Assembly (NCBI RefSeq): GCF_020745735.1
Contig: NC_083420.1
Location: forward strand, 22,940,001-23,004,000
Origin: Hemiscyllium ocellatum
Lineage: Eukaryota
Length of the DNA stretch: 64,000 nt
Reading direction: 5' to 3'
Below are positions 23,449 through 35,369 of this stretch, one piece after another. The notes beneath the pieces were generated by a model, which made no database searches, was not told where the DNA came from, and worked only from the letters and a program-made list of their open reading frames with translations. Position 1 is the stretch's first letter; every line of letters begins with the position of its first letter. The position numbers and the translations under genes were made by a program.

Positions 23449-25207
23449 TGAGTTTTGAGAAGATTTGTAACTCAGGTTGAGGTTCTGGATGTAGGGTTGC
23501 TCGCTGAGCTGGAAGGTTCATTTTGGACATTTCATCACCATACTAAGTAACTTCTTCAGTAAGCCTCTGAATGAAGCACTGGTGGTGTAGCTCGCTTTCT
23601 ATTTGTATGTTTGAGTTTCCTAGGCTTGGTGACATCATTTCCTGTGGTGACATCATTTCCTGTATCCAAAATTCACAAATCAGGAGCCCCCCCCCCCACC
23701 CCTCCCTCAGACCCACAGTCTCGCTACCTGGAACACCAACTTTCAGATTGGCCAAGTAGCTACACTAAAGACGAAAATACTGAGTAGAAGACTCACGGCA
23801 CTCCATCCACTCTACCCTAGAATTCCTGAAGACCATCAAAAACACCAAGATAGAAGAGGATGAAATAATGGTCACAAGTCTTGTTCATCACATCCATCAA
23901 CATCAACCTGGCCAAGGAAACACTGACTACATTATTAGAAGAACCAAAGACACATACACCAAACACCACCAAATTCATCAGCAAGGACAGTATCGTCAAG
24001 CTAGTGGACCTATGCCTTACCACCCACTTCACCTTCAACAACAAAACCTACAGATAAAGCAACACCCATGGGATCTCCAATATCAGGGTTCTTAGCAGAG
24101 GCAGTAATGCAAAGACTTGGACAAACAGGTCTGCCAACCATCCAACTCAAACTTTGTGTCCGCTACATGGATGACACCTTTGCCATCACTAAACAAAATA
24201 AATTAGAGGAAACCTTCAAGATCACCAATAATAACCTTACTGGCATAAGATTCACTAAAGAGGAGGAAACAACAACAAACTGCCATGCCTAGATGTCACA
24301 GTAGAGCGAACAGCCAATGGAGGACTTCAAACCAGCGTCTACAGAAAAACAACACACATGGACTAAATATTGAACTATAGAAGCAATCACCCCAACATCC
24401 ACAAACAAAGCTGCATTAGAACAGTATTTCAATGAGCCACCACACACTGCTGCACAAAGGAACTACGCAGAGCAGAGGAAAATCACCTATGCAGTAAATT
24501 AAAAAAGAACGGGTACCCAATGAACACAGTCCGCCGATTTCTGAACAAACCCAAACAAGCAAAACATGACCAGAAACCCTAGCCGCTCTCCCCTACATCA
24601 AAGACATCTCGGAAATGACTGCCAGACTACTCAGACCCCTTGGCATCATGGTAGCCCACCAACACACTATAACAGCAGCTAATTAACTTGAAAAATCCTA
24701 TACAGACAACAAGCAAAACTAACGTCATTTACAAAAACTCATTTGCAAGAACTGTAACAAACACTACATTGGACAAACAAGCATAAAACTAGTCACCAGG
24801 ATATATGAACATCTACTAGCCACAAAACGACATGACCCACTCTCATTAGTACCCTTACATATGGATGAGGAAGGACACCACTTTGACTGGGATAACACAT
24901 CCATTTTGGACATGCCAAACAGAGACACGCACGAGAATTCCTAGAAGCATGGCATTCCAACTGGACCTCTATCAACAAATACATTGGCTTGGATCCCATT
25001 TACCACACCCTCAGAAAACGAACAGGAAATGACATCACCATAAGAAATGATGTCACCACAAGAAATGAGTCCACCAACCCCAGGAAACTCAAACAAGGCG
25101 GGCTACATCACCAGTGCTGCTTTCAAAGGCTTATTGAAGTTGTTACCTAGTATGGTGACGAAATGTCTGAAAATGAACTTTCCAGCTCAGCGAGCAAACC
25201 TACATCC
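23449..25207 (+). mobile_element. Penelope-like retroelement family C (RT + GIY-YIG remnants) with an inverted 5' terminal repeat
   Basis: MGSPISGFLAEAVM...RYMDDTF RT motifs; NVIYK..CKNCNKHYIGQT nuclease remnant; about 23486-23672 inverted to about 25022-25207; 12-bp flanking duplication ATTTACCTGTAC. Confidence 0.85.
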
Positions 25208-25968
25208 ATTTACCTGTACCTCTACCAATGTCATCTGCTGCATTCATTGCACCCCGTGTGGTCTCCTCTACATCAGGGAGACAGGATGCCTTCTTGCGGA
25301 TCCTTTCAAAGAACATCTCTGGGACACCCACACCCACCAACCCCACCGCCCCATGGCTGAACACTTCAATTCCCCCTCCCACTCCGTCAAGGACATGCAG
25401 TTCCTGGGCCTCCACCGCCAAACAATTACTACCCGATGCCTGGAGGAGGAATGCCTCATATTCCTCCTTGGGACCCTGCAACCACATGGGATAAATGTGG
25501 ATCTCAACAACTTCCTCATTTCCCCTCCCCCCACATTATTCCACTCCCAAGTCTCCAACTGGGCACCACCCTCCAGACCCATCCATCACTCCCTTTCTGA
25601 CCTATCACCCTCTCCCTCACTTTCATCCACCTATTGCTTTCCCAGCTACCTTTCCTCAACCCCACCTCCTCCAATTCATCTGAGCCCCATCCCACAAGCC
25701 TGATTCCTGACCTGTCTATCACTCCCCTTTCTGACCTATCACCCTCTCCCTCACTTTCATCCACCTATCGCTTTCCCAACTACCTGTCCCCAACCCCAGC
25801 CCCTCCAATTCATCTCTGAGCACCATCCCACAAGCCTGATTCCTGATGAGGAGCTTATGCCTGAAACATCGATTCTCTTGATCCTTGGATGCTGACTGAT
25901 ATACTCTCCTTTTCCAGCACTACACTCTCGACTCTGAACTCCAGCATCTGCAGTCCTCATTTTCTCCC
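25208..25968 (+). mobile_element. Penelope-like family A 3' part; its 5' part lies at about 23365-23448
   Basis: FTCTSTNVICCIHCTPCGLLYIRETG...LGTLQPHGIN GIY-YIG remnant followed by a terminal repeat. Confidence 0.8.
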
Positions 25969-26030
25969 TGTGTTGTCACAATTATATCTATAATGTAACT
26001 CCATTTATTAACCTATTAATCATAACTGAC

Positions 26031-26128
26031 CTGTAGAGCTTTACAGGAATGTCAGTAGAATTAATTCCATAATCTTCACAAATTGCCTCACTTGGGCTTT
26101 GTTGAACAAAAGGAATAACATTCTGTAA
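26031..26128 (-). CDS. PMS2: PMS2 exon 7
   Basis: LQNVIPFVQQSPSEAICEDYG; 98 nt; ccag/gtcagt boundaries. Confidence 0.92.
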
Positions 26129-26524
26129 CTGGAAAGCACAGAAAACAAATGCTACATTAAATCATTTGGAACAGAAACGTATAATTTGTCTCATCATACT
26201 TCTTTGAAAGTACGAACCAGTCAGACCTATAATCCTACTTTTCATTCATTTGAATGTCTTTGAAAGTTGTTACCAAATTTGCTTCCACTGTCCTTTTAAA
26301 TAGGACATTCCAGATTACCACAATGCACTTCTCTATTTTAATCCTGGGTACATAGCAATGCCTAAAAAGCTATTAATGTGACAAGAAGCTCTGACATTTT
26401 TAATATATGTAAATAATCGCATGGGTGGTAACATTCGGCTTTCACAACAGTAAATTACTAGTAGAGGCATAAAATTACTAAGTGTTTGTAAAATTTCATT
26501 CCAACTTATTTATGTTTATAATAG

Positions 26525-29500
26525 ATTTTTATTAAGAAAAAATAGACTTTTAAATATTACAACAAATACGAAACAATGCAATTCAAAAAAGTACAAAATT
26601 AGTACAAAACTAAACCCAAATTATAAAAAACAATTCCCCAACCCACCCTCCTGTACGAATGTATAAACACATATAGAGAAATATAAAATTTAAAAAAACC
26701 TAAACTAGTTATTTAACTAAATAAATAAATATCTAACAACAAACAAATGAATAGTAATAACTCAGCCAAACAAAACACTCATACATTCACAGCTCCTCCC
26801 TCCCTGCATATTGGACTCATGAAACACAATCATTACGGCTATATAAAAGCCCTTGTTAGTGTGGCAGATAAATCTGTGTCCAGGTATTTCAAAAAGGGTT
26901 GCCATGTCTTGTAAAAATTCTCAGTTTTGTGTTGTACCATATTTGTGAGAAAATCCAGGGGAATATGCTCCATAACAATCTTCTGTCAACCCGACAGGCC
27001 TGGGGGGTTTTCGGATATCCAACCTAGCAAGATATTCTTCCTTGCACAGAAAGTAAGAATATTGAAAAGTTTTTTCTTATGTGCGTCTGCAGGAAATACA
27101 ATGGGTAGGCCCAAAAGGAGAGAAATAGAGTCCTTCTCCACCCCTACGCCTATAATCCTCTCCATTGCACCCCCCATAGCACTCCAATATGTTTGAAGCC
27201 TGTCACAAGACAATGGGTAAGAGTGCTTGTGCAGACTTTGCACTTGGGACATGCTGAAGATACCCCGGTTTAAATTTTGACAAACGATCTGGGGCTAAGT
27301 GGACTCTGTGAAGAATCTTCAACTGTAAAGCATGGGTCCTATTGCAAATTGATATCTTCCTTGCATTCTCGCAAATATCTTCCATGCCTCTGAAGAAACT
27401 TCAACATCCAGCTCTCTTTCCCACACCTTGCAGAATCAATCAGACTCATCTGAGGTGGCATCCCCCAGTTGGTGATATAAAGTACTGACAGAGAGTGTAC
27501 ACTTAGCCCTTAGTAACCCTCTTTCTATGTCAGATTTGTAGCGATCAGTCAAAAGTGTGGCCTTTTTTTGAATAAAATCCCCAACTTGAAAAAAACGAAA
27601 GAGATCTCTGTTAGGTAACTCGTACTTCCATACTAACCGATCAAAGGACATCATTGCATCTCCCTCAAATAATTTGTGGGCGGCACGGTAGCACAGTGGT
27701 TAGCACTGCTGCCTCACAGCGCCGGAGACCCGGGTTCAATATCCACCTCAGGCGACTGACTGTGTGGAATTTGCACATTCTCCCCGTGTCTGTGTGGGTT
27801 TCCGCCGGATGCTCCGGTTTGCTCCCACAGTCCAAAAATGTGCAGGTTAGGCGAACTGCTAAATTGCCCGTAGTGTTAGGTGCAGAGGTAAATGTAGGGG
27901 AATGGGTCTGGGTGGGTGCGCTTCAGCCGAAGGGCCTGTTTCTACACTATAAGTAATCTAAATCTAAGTAAATCACCCATTCAAGATATACCCCTAGCTG
28001 CCCAGTGTTTAAATCCTGAATCTATCAGTTGAAAACCCGGCATACCCACTAAAAGTGTAAACAAAGATGTTTTGCCAATATTACCTTGCCAAATTGCCCT
28101 CCATGCTTTAACAGTATTGATGACTATTGGGTTTTGGCAATATTCCCTAACTATCCTCACCTTGTCCAAAAACAGCAAACTGTTAAGGGGGTACCTTGCC
28201 TAGGAGGCTTCGATATCTAGCCATATTGAAAGAGGATCCCCACAAACCCAATCACTCACGCAGGTCAAAAGCAAGCTTAATTGGTAATTCTTAATGTCCG
28301 GAAAGTCTTCTCCCCCCAATCTGTGAGGCAACTGCAGTTTGGCAAATTTAATGAGGGGCCGTTTACGGTGCCAGATAAAGGAACTGAACCAACTGTTCAG
28401 TCTCCTGAGCGTTTGTTTATTGAAAATCAGGGGGAGCATCCGTATAAGATTTAGCAAACGAGGGAGAATATTCATCTTAATAAGTGCTATCTGACCCAAT
28501 GAGACTGGAAGTGCCTCCCATCTTTGGAGATCTTGTTTAATTTTTTCAAATAATTGAGTAAAATAGGCTTTGAACAGCCAATCCAGAACTGGAGTAATCA
28601 TTATGCCCAAATACACAAAACCCCCCGTGACCACCTACAGGGGAATCTATAGTCACTCTCAAGAGCCAACTCTTTTGTAAGACCACCCATAGGCATAGCC
28701 TCTGATTTAGCAAAATTAATCTTATACCCTGAAAAAGCACCAAACGCGTGAATGCATTGTATCAGGCAAGGCACTGATTTGTCAAGAAAATTAGAACATT
28801 GTCTGCATACAGCGAGATCTTGTGTAATTTTGACCCCACTTCTGGAGCTGATATTTTAAGATCTCCACGAATGACCTCTGCCAACGGTTCAATCACCAAC
28901 GTAAAAAGTAATGGTGAAAGGGGACAGTCCTGATAGCTGCCCCCAGAAATATTAAAATTGCTTGATCATACCCCGTTAGTAATGATCGCCGCAAGAGGTA
29001 CACTGTAGAGAACCGTTACCCATCTTATGAAAACTTTGCCCAGACCAAACTGGTTTAGAGTATAGAAAAGGTACGGTTAAATGCCTTCTCTGCATCTAAA
29101 GAAATCACCAATCCCTGTATTGACTGCTGTTGGCATGATTGAATTATGTTAAGCAGCCTCCTAACATTATTGGAGGATCTGCGACCTTTTATGAAGCCTG
29201 TCTGATCCTTTTTAATAATAGAGGGTAACACAGTCTCCAGCCTTAACACGAAAGCCTTAGGGAGGATCTTAAAGTCCACATTTAAGAGCAAGATGGGCCT
29301 GTATGAAGTACAGTCTTCCGGATCCTTCCTTTTTTTTAAAAAGATAAGTGAAATATTGGCCTCTCTCAGAGATGGTGGGAGACAATCATGCCTGTATGAA
29401 TCATTAAACATATTCAGCATCGGGCTTGACAGTATACTTATAAATTTCTTATAGAATTCACTGGGAAGTCCGCCAGGGCTGGGCACCTTTCCACTCTGAA

Positions 29501-31250
29501 GATGCCTCACAGCTTCCTGCACTTCCTGCTCTGATAATGGGGCATTGAGAAAGGACTGTTGTTTGGGAGTCACACCTGGGAGCTTTAGATCTCTAAAAAA
29601 GGATTCCATTTTGGCCTGCCCCTCCTAACAATTCTCAGACTGATATAACTTAGAGTAGAATCTCTGAAATGCCACATTAATCTTTTTAGAATCACATGTT
29701 AGGTTCCCATACCCTTCCCTAATCGCTGTAATGGTTTGTGGGGCACTTCTCTTTCTGGCAAGGTATGCTAAGTATTTGCCTGGCTTGTCATCATGCTCAT
29801 ATAGCCTTTGCTTTGCAAAAGCCAGCTCCTTCTTTGCCATCTGTGTGAGCACGGAATTTAGTGCAGACCGCAGGGCCGTAATCCTCTGTAGTTTGACCAA
29901 CAAGGGTCTGTCAAAATAGGCCTTCTCTGCTGCCTTCAACCGTGCTTCAAGGAGACGAAGATGCTCACCTTTCTGCCATTTCCTACTGGTGGAATATGAA
30001 ATAACTAACCCCTGGCATAAGCTTTGGCAGTTTCCCAAAGAAGAGATGAGCTATCAACCGAGCCTATGTTGATGTCTAGGAATGCCCGAAATTCCCAAGA
30101 GACATACTCCACAAACTTACTGTCCATGAGAATAAAGGGCTCCATTCGCCAGTACCTTGAATCCACTATAACATCCTTAATCTTAACCATGAGGTGCACT
30201 GGAACATGATCAAAGGTGACAATATTATCAATAGTACAGGATGCCACCAGATCCAGGGTTACCGCAGGGGTCAGAAAAAAAATCAATCCTCGTGTGACAT
30301 CTATGCTTATTGGAGAAAAACGTGAAATTCCTTCCTGTAGGGTGGAGACACCTCCAGATGTCCGCCAACCCTAATTCCCCACACAAACCCAATGACTGTT
30401 TAGTTTGTGCGGAGGGTATCGAGGGACCTTTAGGCAATCTATCTACAGTGGGGTCCATGAGGCAGTTAAAATCTCCCCCAATAACGATGTGCCGAGACTT
30501 GAGACTTATCAGTTTAGAAAAAGCATCTATCAAGAATTTAAGAGGATGAGATGGGAGACAATAAACATTTAAAATACCATATTCTTCCCCATTTATCAAG
30601 ACTTTAAGAATTACAAATCTCCCTATGTGTCTTTAACACATTCTAACAATTTAAATGAGAGATTTTTCCTAATCAATATAGCCACTCCTTTACTTCCGGT
30701 ATTAAATTATGAAAAATAAACTCAGTCAAAGCCATTCTGTTGTAATTTCAGATGCTCCTTGTCATCCAAATGTGTCTCCTGTAACAAAGCAAATCCACCT
30801 TCTCCTTTCTAAGACTCAAGAGTACCTTCTTCCTCTTAATTGGTGAGTGACTTCCCTTGATATTCCAGGTACACATGTAATCAAATCATTAGCCATAATC
30901 TTCTACATTTAAATTCCACAGAGGAGGAACCCGAAACACAAATTGCTGAGCCTTAGGGTCGCATGGTCCACCAAATATAAAAACTACATAAACTAAAACC
31001 ATTACATTTAACAAACATACAAAATTATTAAGAATAAAAACAAGAAAAACCAGAAAACAAACCAACATATAAAGCACCAATAGCGCTGAGTAGGGGAACT
31101 CACTCCCTGCCCGGAGAGGGCAACTACCGATCCTGAACTGCCCATAAATAGGCATCTAACCATCTCAACCATCTTCACTTCTCCCAGCTAGAGCCGCATC
31201 TCAAGCACAAGCTAAAAAGAATAAACATCCCATACAATATCAATATGAAT
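26525..31250 (-). mobile_element. L1-clade LINE, ORF2 pseudogenised, ORF1 not seen
   Basis: WNIKG, GGDFNC, HTRIDFF, YRPILLLNVDFKIL, SLDAEKAFNR, LYAD, YLGI and QLKILHR motifs with frameshifts. Confidence 0.92.
27678..27966 (+). mobile_element. HE1-like SINE nested in L1 ORF2
   Basis: SINE head and tail; the L1 sequence resumes after it. Confidence 0.9.
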
Positions 31251-31869
31251 TTTAAAAATTCCAACTATATTTTAAGACTGCTCTACATCGTTCCCCATTT
31301 GCTTCACTGTAATGCTGATCTGTTTCACACTTTTCCCTATCAGATTTGCAAAGATCCTGAATTCACACTCTTTCCTGACTGCTTCACAGGCAAGCAAGCA
31401 GGTTATTTTGCACTAGCAGGTCTAGAGCGTGTGATGCAGACTGGGAGGAGTGTACAAGTGATTAGGATCAATAAAGGAACACCATCCATCAAGTGTGAAG
31501 TAAAGTAGATCAGGATCTTTGTGAAACAGATAGGGAGAAGTGTGAACTGGTCAGCATTACAATGAAGCAGACGGTTAGGATTGTGAAGTAGGTTAGGATC
31601 ACTGACAAGTGAGGAAAATATCAAACTGTGACATCTCCTGAGGATTGTACATTGCATTCAGCTAATCAATGTAGCTTTATTTTCTTTTATTCAAAGTGAA
31701 CAAGTTGATCCAAGCTGGAGAAATTTTATAAAAATTTTGATAGTAAAGGTTAAATGAATTATTTAAATGAAATTCCTTATATTTAAGTGACAAGAGAAGA
31801 GGTGTTGTAAGCAGCTTGTGAATCTTGTTTCTTTTCTCAGTAGTAGGTTTTATTATCTAACAGCTTGGA

Positions 31870-33030
31870 CCACTGAGATGTGCATTCTGTTCCATGGTAC
31901 CGACAACATAGGCAATAGAGAGATGCAGGTCCAAATGCGGGAACTAACCATAGGCTAAACAGGAAATTAACAGGCAATACCTCAAAGTTTTACTCTCAGT
32001 ATCACATGAAAGAGAAAAGAACAGACTAATGTGTGGCTGGAGGATTGCAGGATATAAGGTTTCAGATTGTTGGAACCCTGGAATCAGGGGAAATGGGATC
32101 TGTACAGACCAGATGGGTTAACCTAAACAGACCAGAAGCAATTTTCTTGTACTGCAATTTTTCTAGCATTATTAAGGGTTTGAAGTGGATACTGGTGTGG
32201 GAGCCAGGAAGTAATATTAAAGAGGGATACCACTGTACAAATAATATTAAGAAACTGACAAATACTACTAAAGTAGGAAAGAGTAAGATGTTGGAAGGGT
32301 TCAGTGTAACGGAGAAAATAATAAAGCTTAGGTTAGGGTTACCATGAATGTGTAGAGTGTGGAAAATAAGGCTGGTGCATTATACATGCAGATAGCCATG
32401 TAGAAACATGATACTGGGGCAATAATGCACACCCAGTCAAGGGTAAGATTGGGTATTGAATATTCTTGGATATACTTGTGCTCAGGAAAGATAGGAAGGG
32501 TTTAAAAGAAATGTTGGTGATGTATTTGATCAAGAAGAGCTTTGCAGTTCTGGAGACAGAGGACATCCCAGAGTGTTCAAGGCCAAAATTTACTTGGCTA
32601 TAGCTAAGGAACAAAAATATGCAATTATATTACTCAGTGTAGTCTATAGGACATCAACTAGTGGGAAGGATGTAGATGAACAAATTTGCAAGCAAATTAC
32701 AAGGAAGAGGAAGAATTATGAAGTAGTTATAATGGTGGACTTAATTATATAAATATAGTCCAGGATAGTAGTGTGAAAATGAAAGAGAGGCAAAATTTCC
32801 TAGAGTCTGTTCAGAGAATTTTCTATAGCAGAATGTTTGCAGGCCAATGAGAAAGGATGCATTTCTGGACTAGATTATTGAAAAAGAGGTGGGCCAAGTG
32901 ATCACGGGGTTACATTTGGGGGACAGTGATGATTGTATCATAAAATTTATGTTGGATATGAAAAAGGATAAGCAGGTTAAGAATTAGCTGGGAGAAACCA
33001 ACTTCAACTGGGTAGGAATGAAATTAGCTC
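31870..33030 (+). mobile_element. Highly decayed CR1 (ORF1 end / ORF2 endonuclease region)
   Basis: GGTACCGACAACATAGG, AATATTCTTGGATAT, GTCTATAGG and FLESVQ-like remnants. Confidence 0.6.
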
Positions 33031-33232
33031 TGATACAGGCAACCATGCTCTGCCATGTGAGTACTCCCTCATACTTTAATATGAGGCATTTACACCAAGA
33101 TCCCTCATGCCAGTTGAGTGAATATTTAAGGATCCCAAGGCATTATTCAAAGAGTAGGGAGCTTTGCTGATGTACTTGGGATCCTTAAATATTCAACTTC
33201 TGCACTGGGCAGATGCAATATGAATATTTTAC

Positions 33233-33400
33233 CTGTTTTGATCCAAACAATGCACTGATGTTTTCCTTCAAAGTGGTGCATCCACTGGTACAAAAAACAG
33301 GGTTCCTTTTTCCTTGTCCAACCTGATTCGTACAATTTATCCGTATGCCAGTAGAAATGATGCAATAGGCCTGCAGCACCTGTGCCATTTTACTGTATTC
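33233..33400 (-). CDS. PMS2: PMS2 exon 6
   Basis: [32 protein letters not shown]...[13 protein letters not shown]; 168 nt. Confidence 0.96.
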
Positions 33401-33479
33401 CTTTTTAACAAAAACAATATTAGTTTTATAGAAGTGCAGTTTGAAAATTTAACCTTTTTTTTAAAAAGTACAGGATGAA

Positions 33480-33930
33480 TATTATAGTCCTACAGCATTG
33501 AAACAGGCTCTTTGGCCTAACCAATTAGGTTTCCTAAACGCTCCCTCCCTTTCAAATCCATGCACCTGTGCAAATGTCTTTTAACTTGTATCCACTTCTA
33601 CCACTTCCTCCCACAACCTGGTCATTGCATATATGCACACCTTCTGTGAGAAAAAGTTGCCCCTCAGATCCTTTTTAAATCTTTCCACTTTCACTTTAAA
33701 CCTATGCTCTCTAGTTTTGGACTCCCCTACAGTGGAGAAAAAACCTTGCAAATTACCTTATCATTGCCCCTCATGATTTTATAAACATCTAGAAGGTCAC
33801 TCCTCAGCCTCCTATGCTCCAGCCTATCCACCTCAAACCCTTCAGTCTTGGGAACATCTTTGTAAATTTTCTTTTACACCTTTTTCATTTTGAAACCATC
33901 CTTCTTATAGCAGGGCAATAAAACTTGCTG
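33480..33930 (-). mobile_element. CR1 3' remnant
   Basis: Antisense match to the 2765-3992 family. Confidence 0.7.
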
Positions 33931-34500
33931 AAGAATGAAGTACCTAAGCTTATACTTGTAACACACATTTAAGATGAAGCTAGATAAACACAAGGTAACA
34001 CGGAACAAAATAAGTTATTCTGATAGAACTAGACTAAGTAGGGGGAGTGGTTTGTTTGGAGGACAAACACCTCCACAGACCTTTTGGGCTGAATGTTCTG
34101 TTCTATTTCAGAAACTAATGTTAAAAAACCAAACATGCTTGAAATGGAAATACAAATAAAAGTGCAATGAGACCCTTAATAAGTCTATAGTTATTCAAAG
34201 GCAGGTTCTTACAAATAATTCTGACCAAAATATATATGCAATATAAAGATTTTGCATATTTCTGACATTTACTACTCTTTCTGACTGTCTGTAAGTTCTA
34301 GCCACTATTGTTACCGGCAGTATGTCACTGCTGAACGTTATAAATATCAGAATTCCAGTCCTTTAACTATCTCACTCTCCTAACTGCATTGGAGACTGGC
34401 AGCTTCCCTACAACCTAGGGAAGAGTTGTAAGTATATAAAATATAGAGCGCTGGCAGTTAGAATGTATTTCATGAAAAATGAAATAAAAAACAAACTCAC

Positions 34501-34684
34501 CTTTTTAATATTTCGCTGAAATTCTTTATGCCTGACTGGTAATGTGCAAAACAACTGCTGAACCGTAACTGTTGTCCCTTGCTGTCGAGGATATGGCATC
34601 TTTTCACTGATTTGCCCATTATGGTCAAAAACCAGACGAGTTCCAACCTTGGCGTTTTTGTGACATGTCACGATACTAACGTCA
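34501..34684 (-). CDS. PMS2: PMS2 exon 5
   Basis: DVSIVTCH...[26 protein letters not shown]|gtgagt; 184 nt. Confidence 0.97.
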
Positions 34685-35266
34685 CTGGTGAGAACAAAAG
34701 GATGGCTTTAACTGCATAATCCTGGCCCTGCTAGATCCCTTAAAATTAAATCACAACGAAACCACTGGATTTAAATAATACGTATACTCCAAACTACACC
34801 TAGTAAAGCATTTACAAAGCATTGTCATTTTTATAATGTAAGAAATAATTTCATTCCGAACCCTTGTTCTCACTCATAAGTCCGACTGTTTATATTCACT
34901 CCTAAATATTGTGCATCTATGATTGTGGCCTTTTATGATTTGAGGCAGAGCCTTCAGCTGCATTGGACGAGCTCTTTGGAAGTCACTCTCTAAGAATCTG
35001 AACTGTTCTATCCTCCCTTAAAATGCAATTCATACACATTTCTTTGTCAAAGTCTACATTCACTCTTACCAGTCTATCATTTCCTACCTTGGTATCCATC
35101 ATCTACATTTCAATAAAAAAATGTTTATGGACATAAAAGGTGGTTTTACCTCACAGCCTGTCACCTCTAGTATTTCACAAAATTCACAAAATTCCAGTCT
35201 GTAAGTACAAAAATAATGCTGATCACATTAACAGTGCAACATCATGTAATGCTGAAGGTATAATAC

Positions 35267-35369
35267 CTTAGAGCACACAAGGAGCTCAAAGCTTCACCTC
35301 TAAATCCAAAGGTCTCCACGTGTAAGAGGTCAGAGAAATCTTGCAACTTGGAAGTGTAATGCTTCAGTG
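35267..35369 (-). CDS. PMS2: PMS2 exon 4 (GFRGEAL GHKL motif)
   Basis: [33 protein letters not shown]; 103 nt. Confidence 0.97.

Noticed and set aside
25047-25703. 218-aa ORF as an intact GIY-YIG nuclease gene
   Set aside because: It is a chimeric read across the family C / family A junction, and the catalytic motif is degenerate (NVIC..YIRETG).
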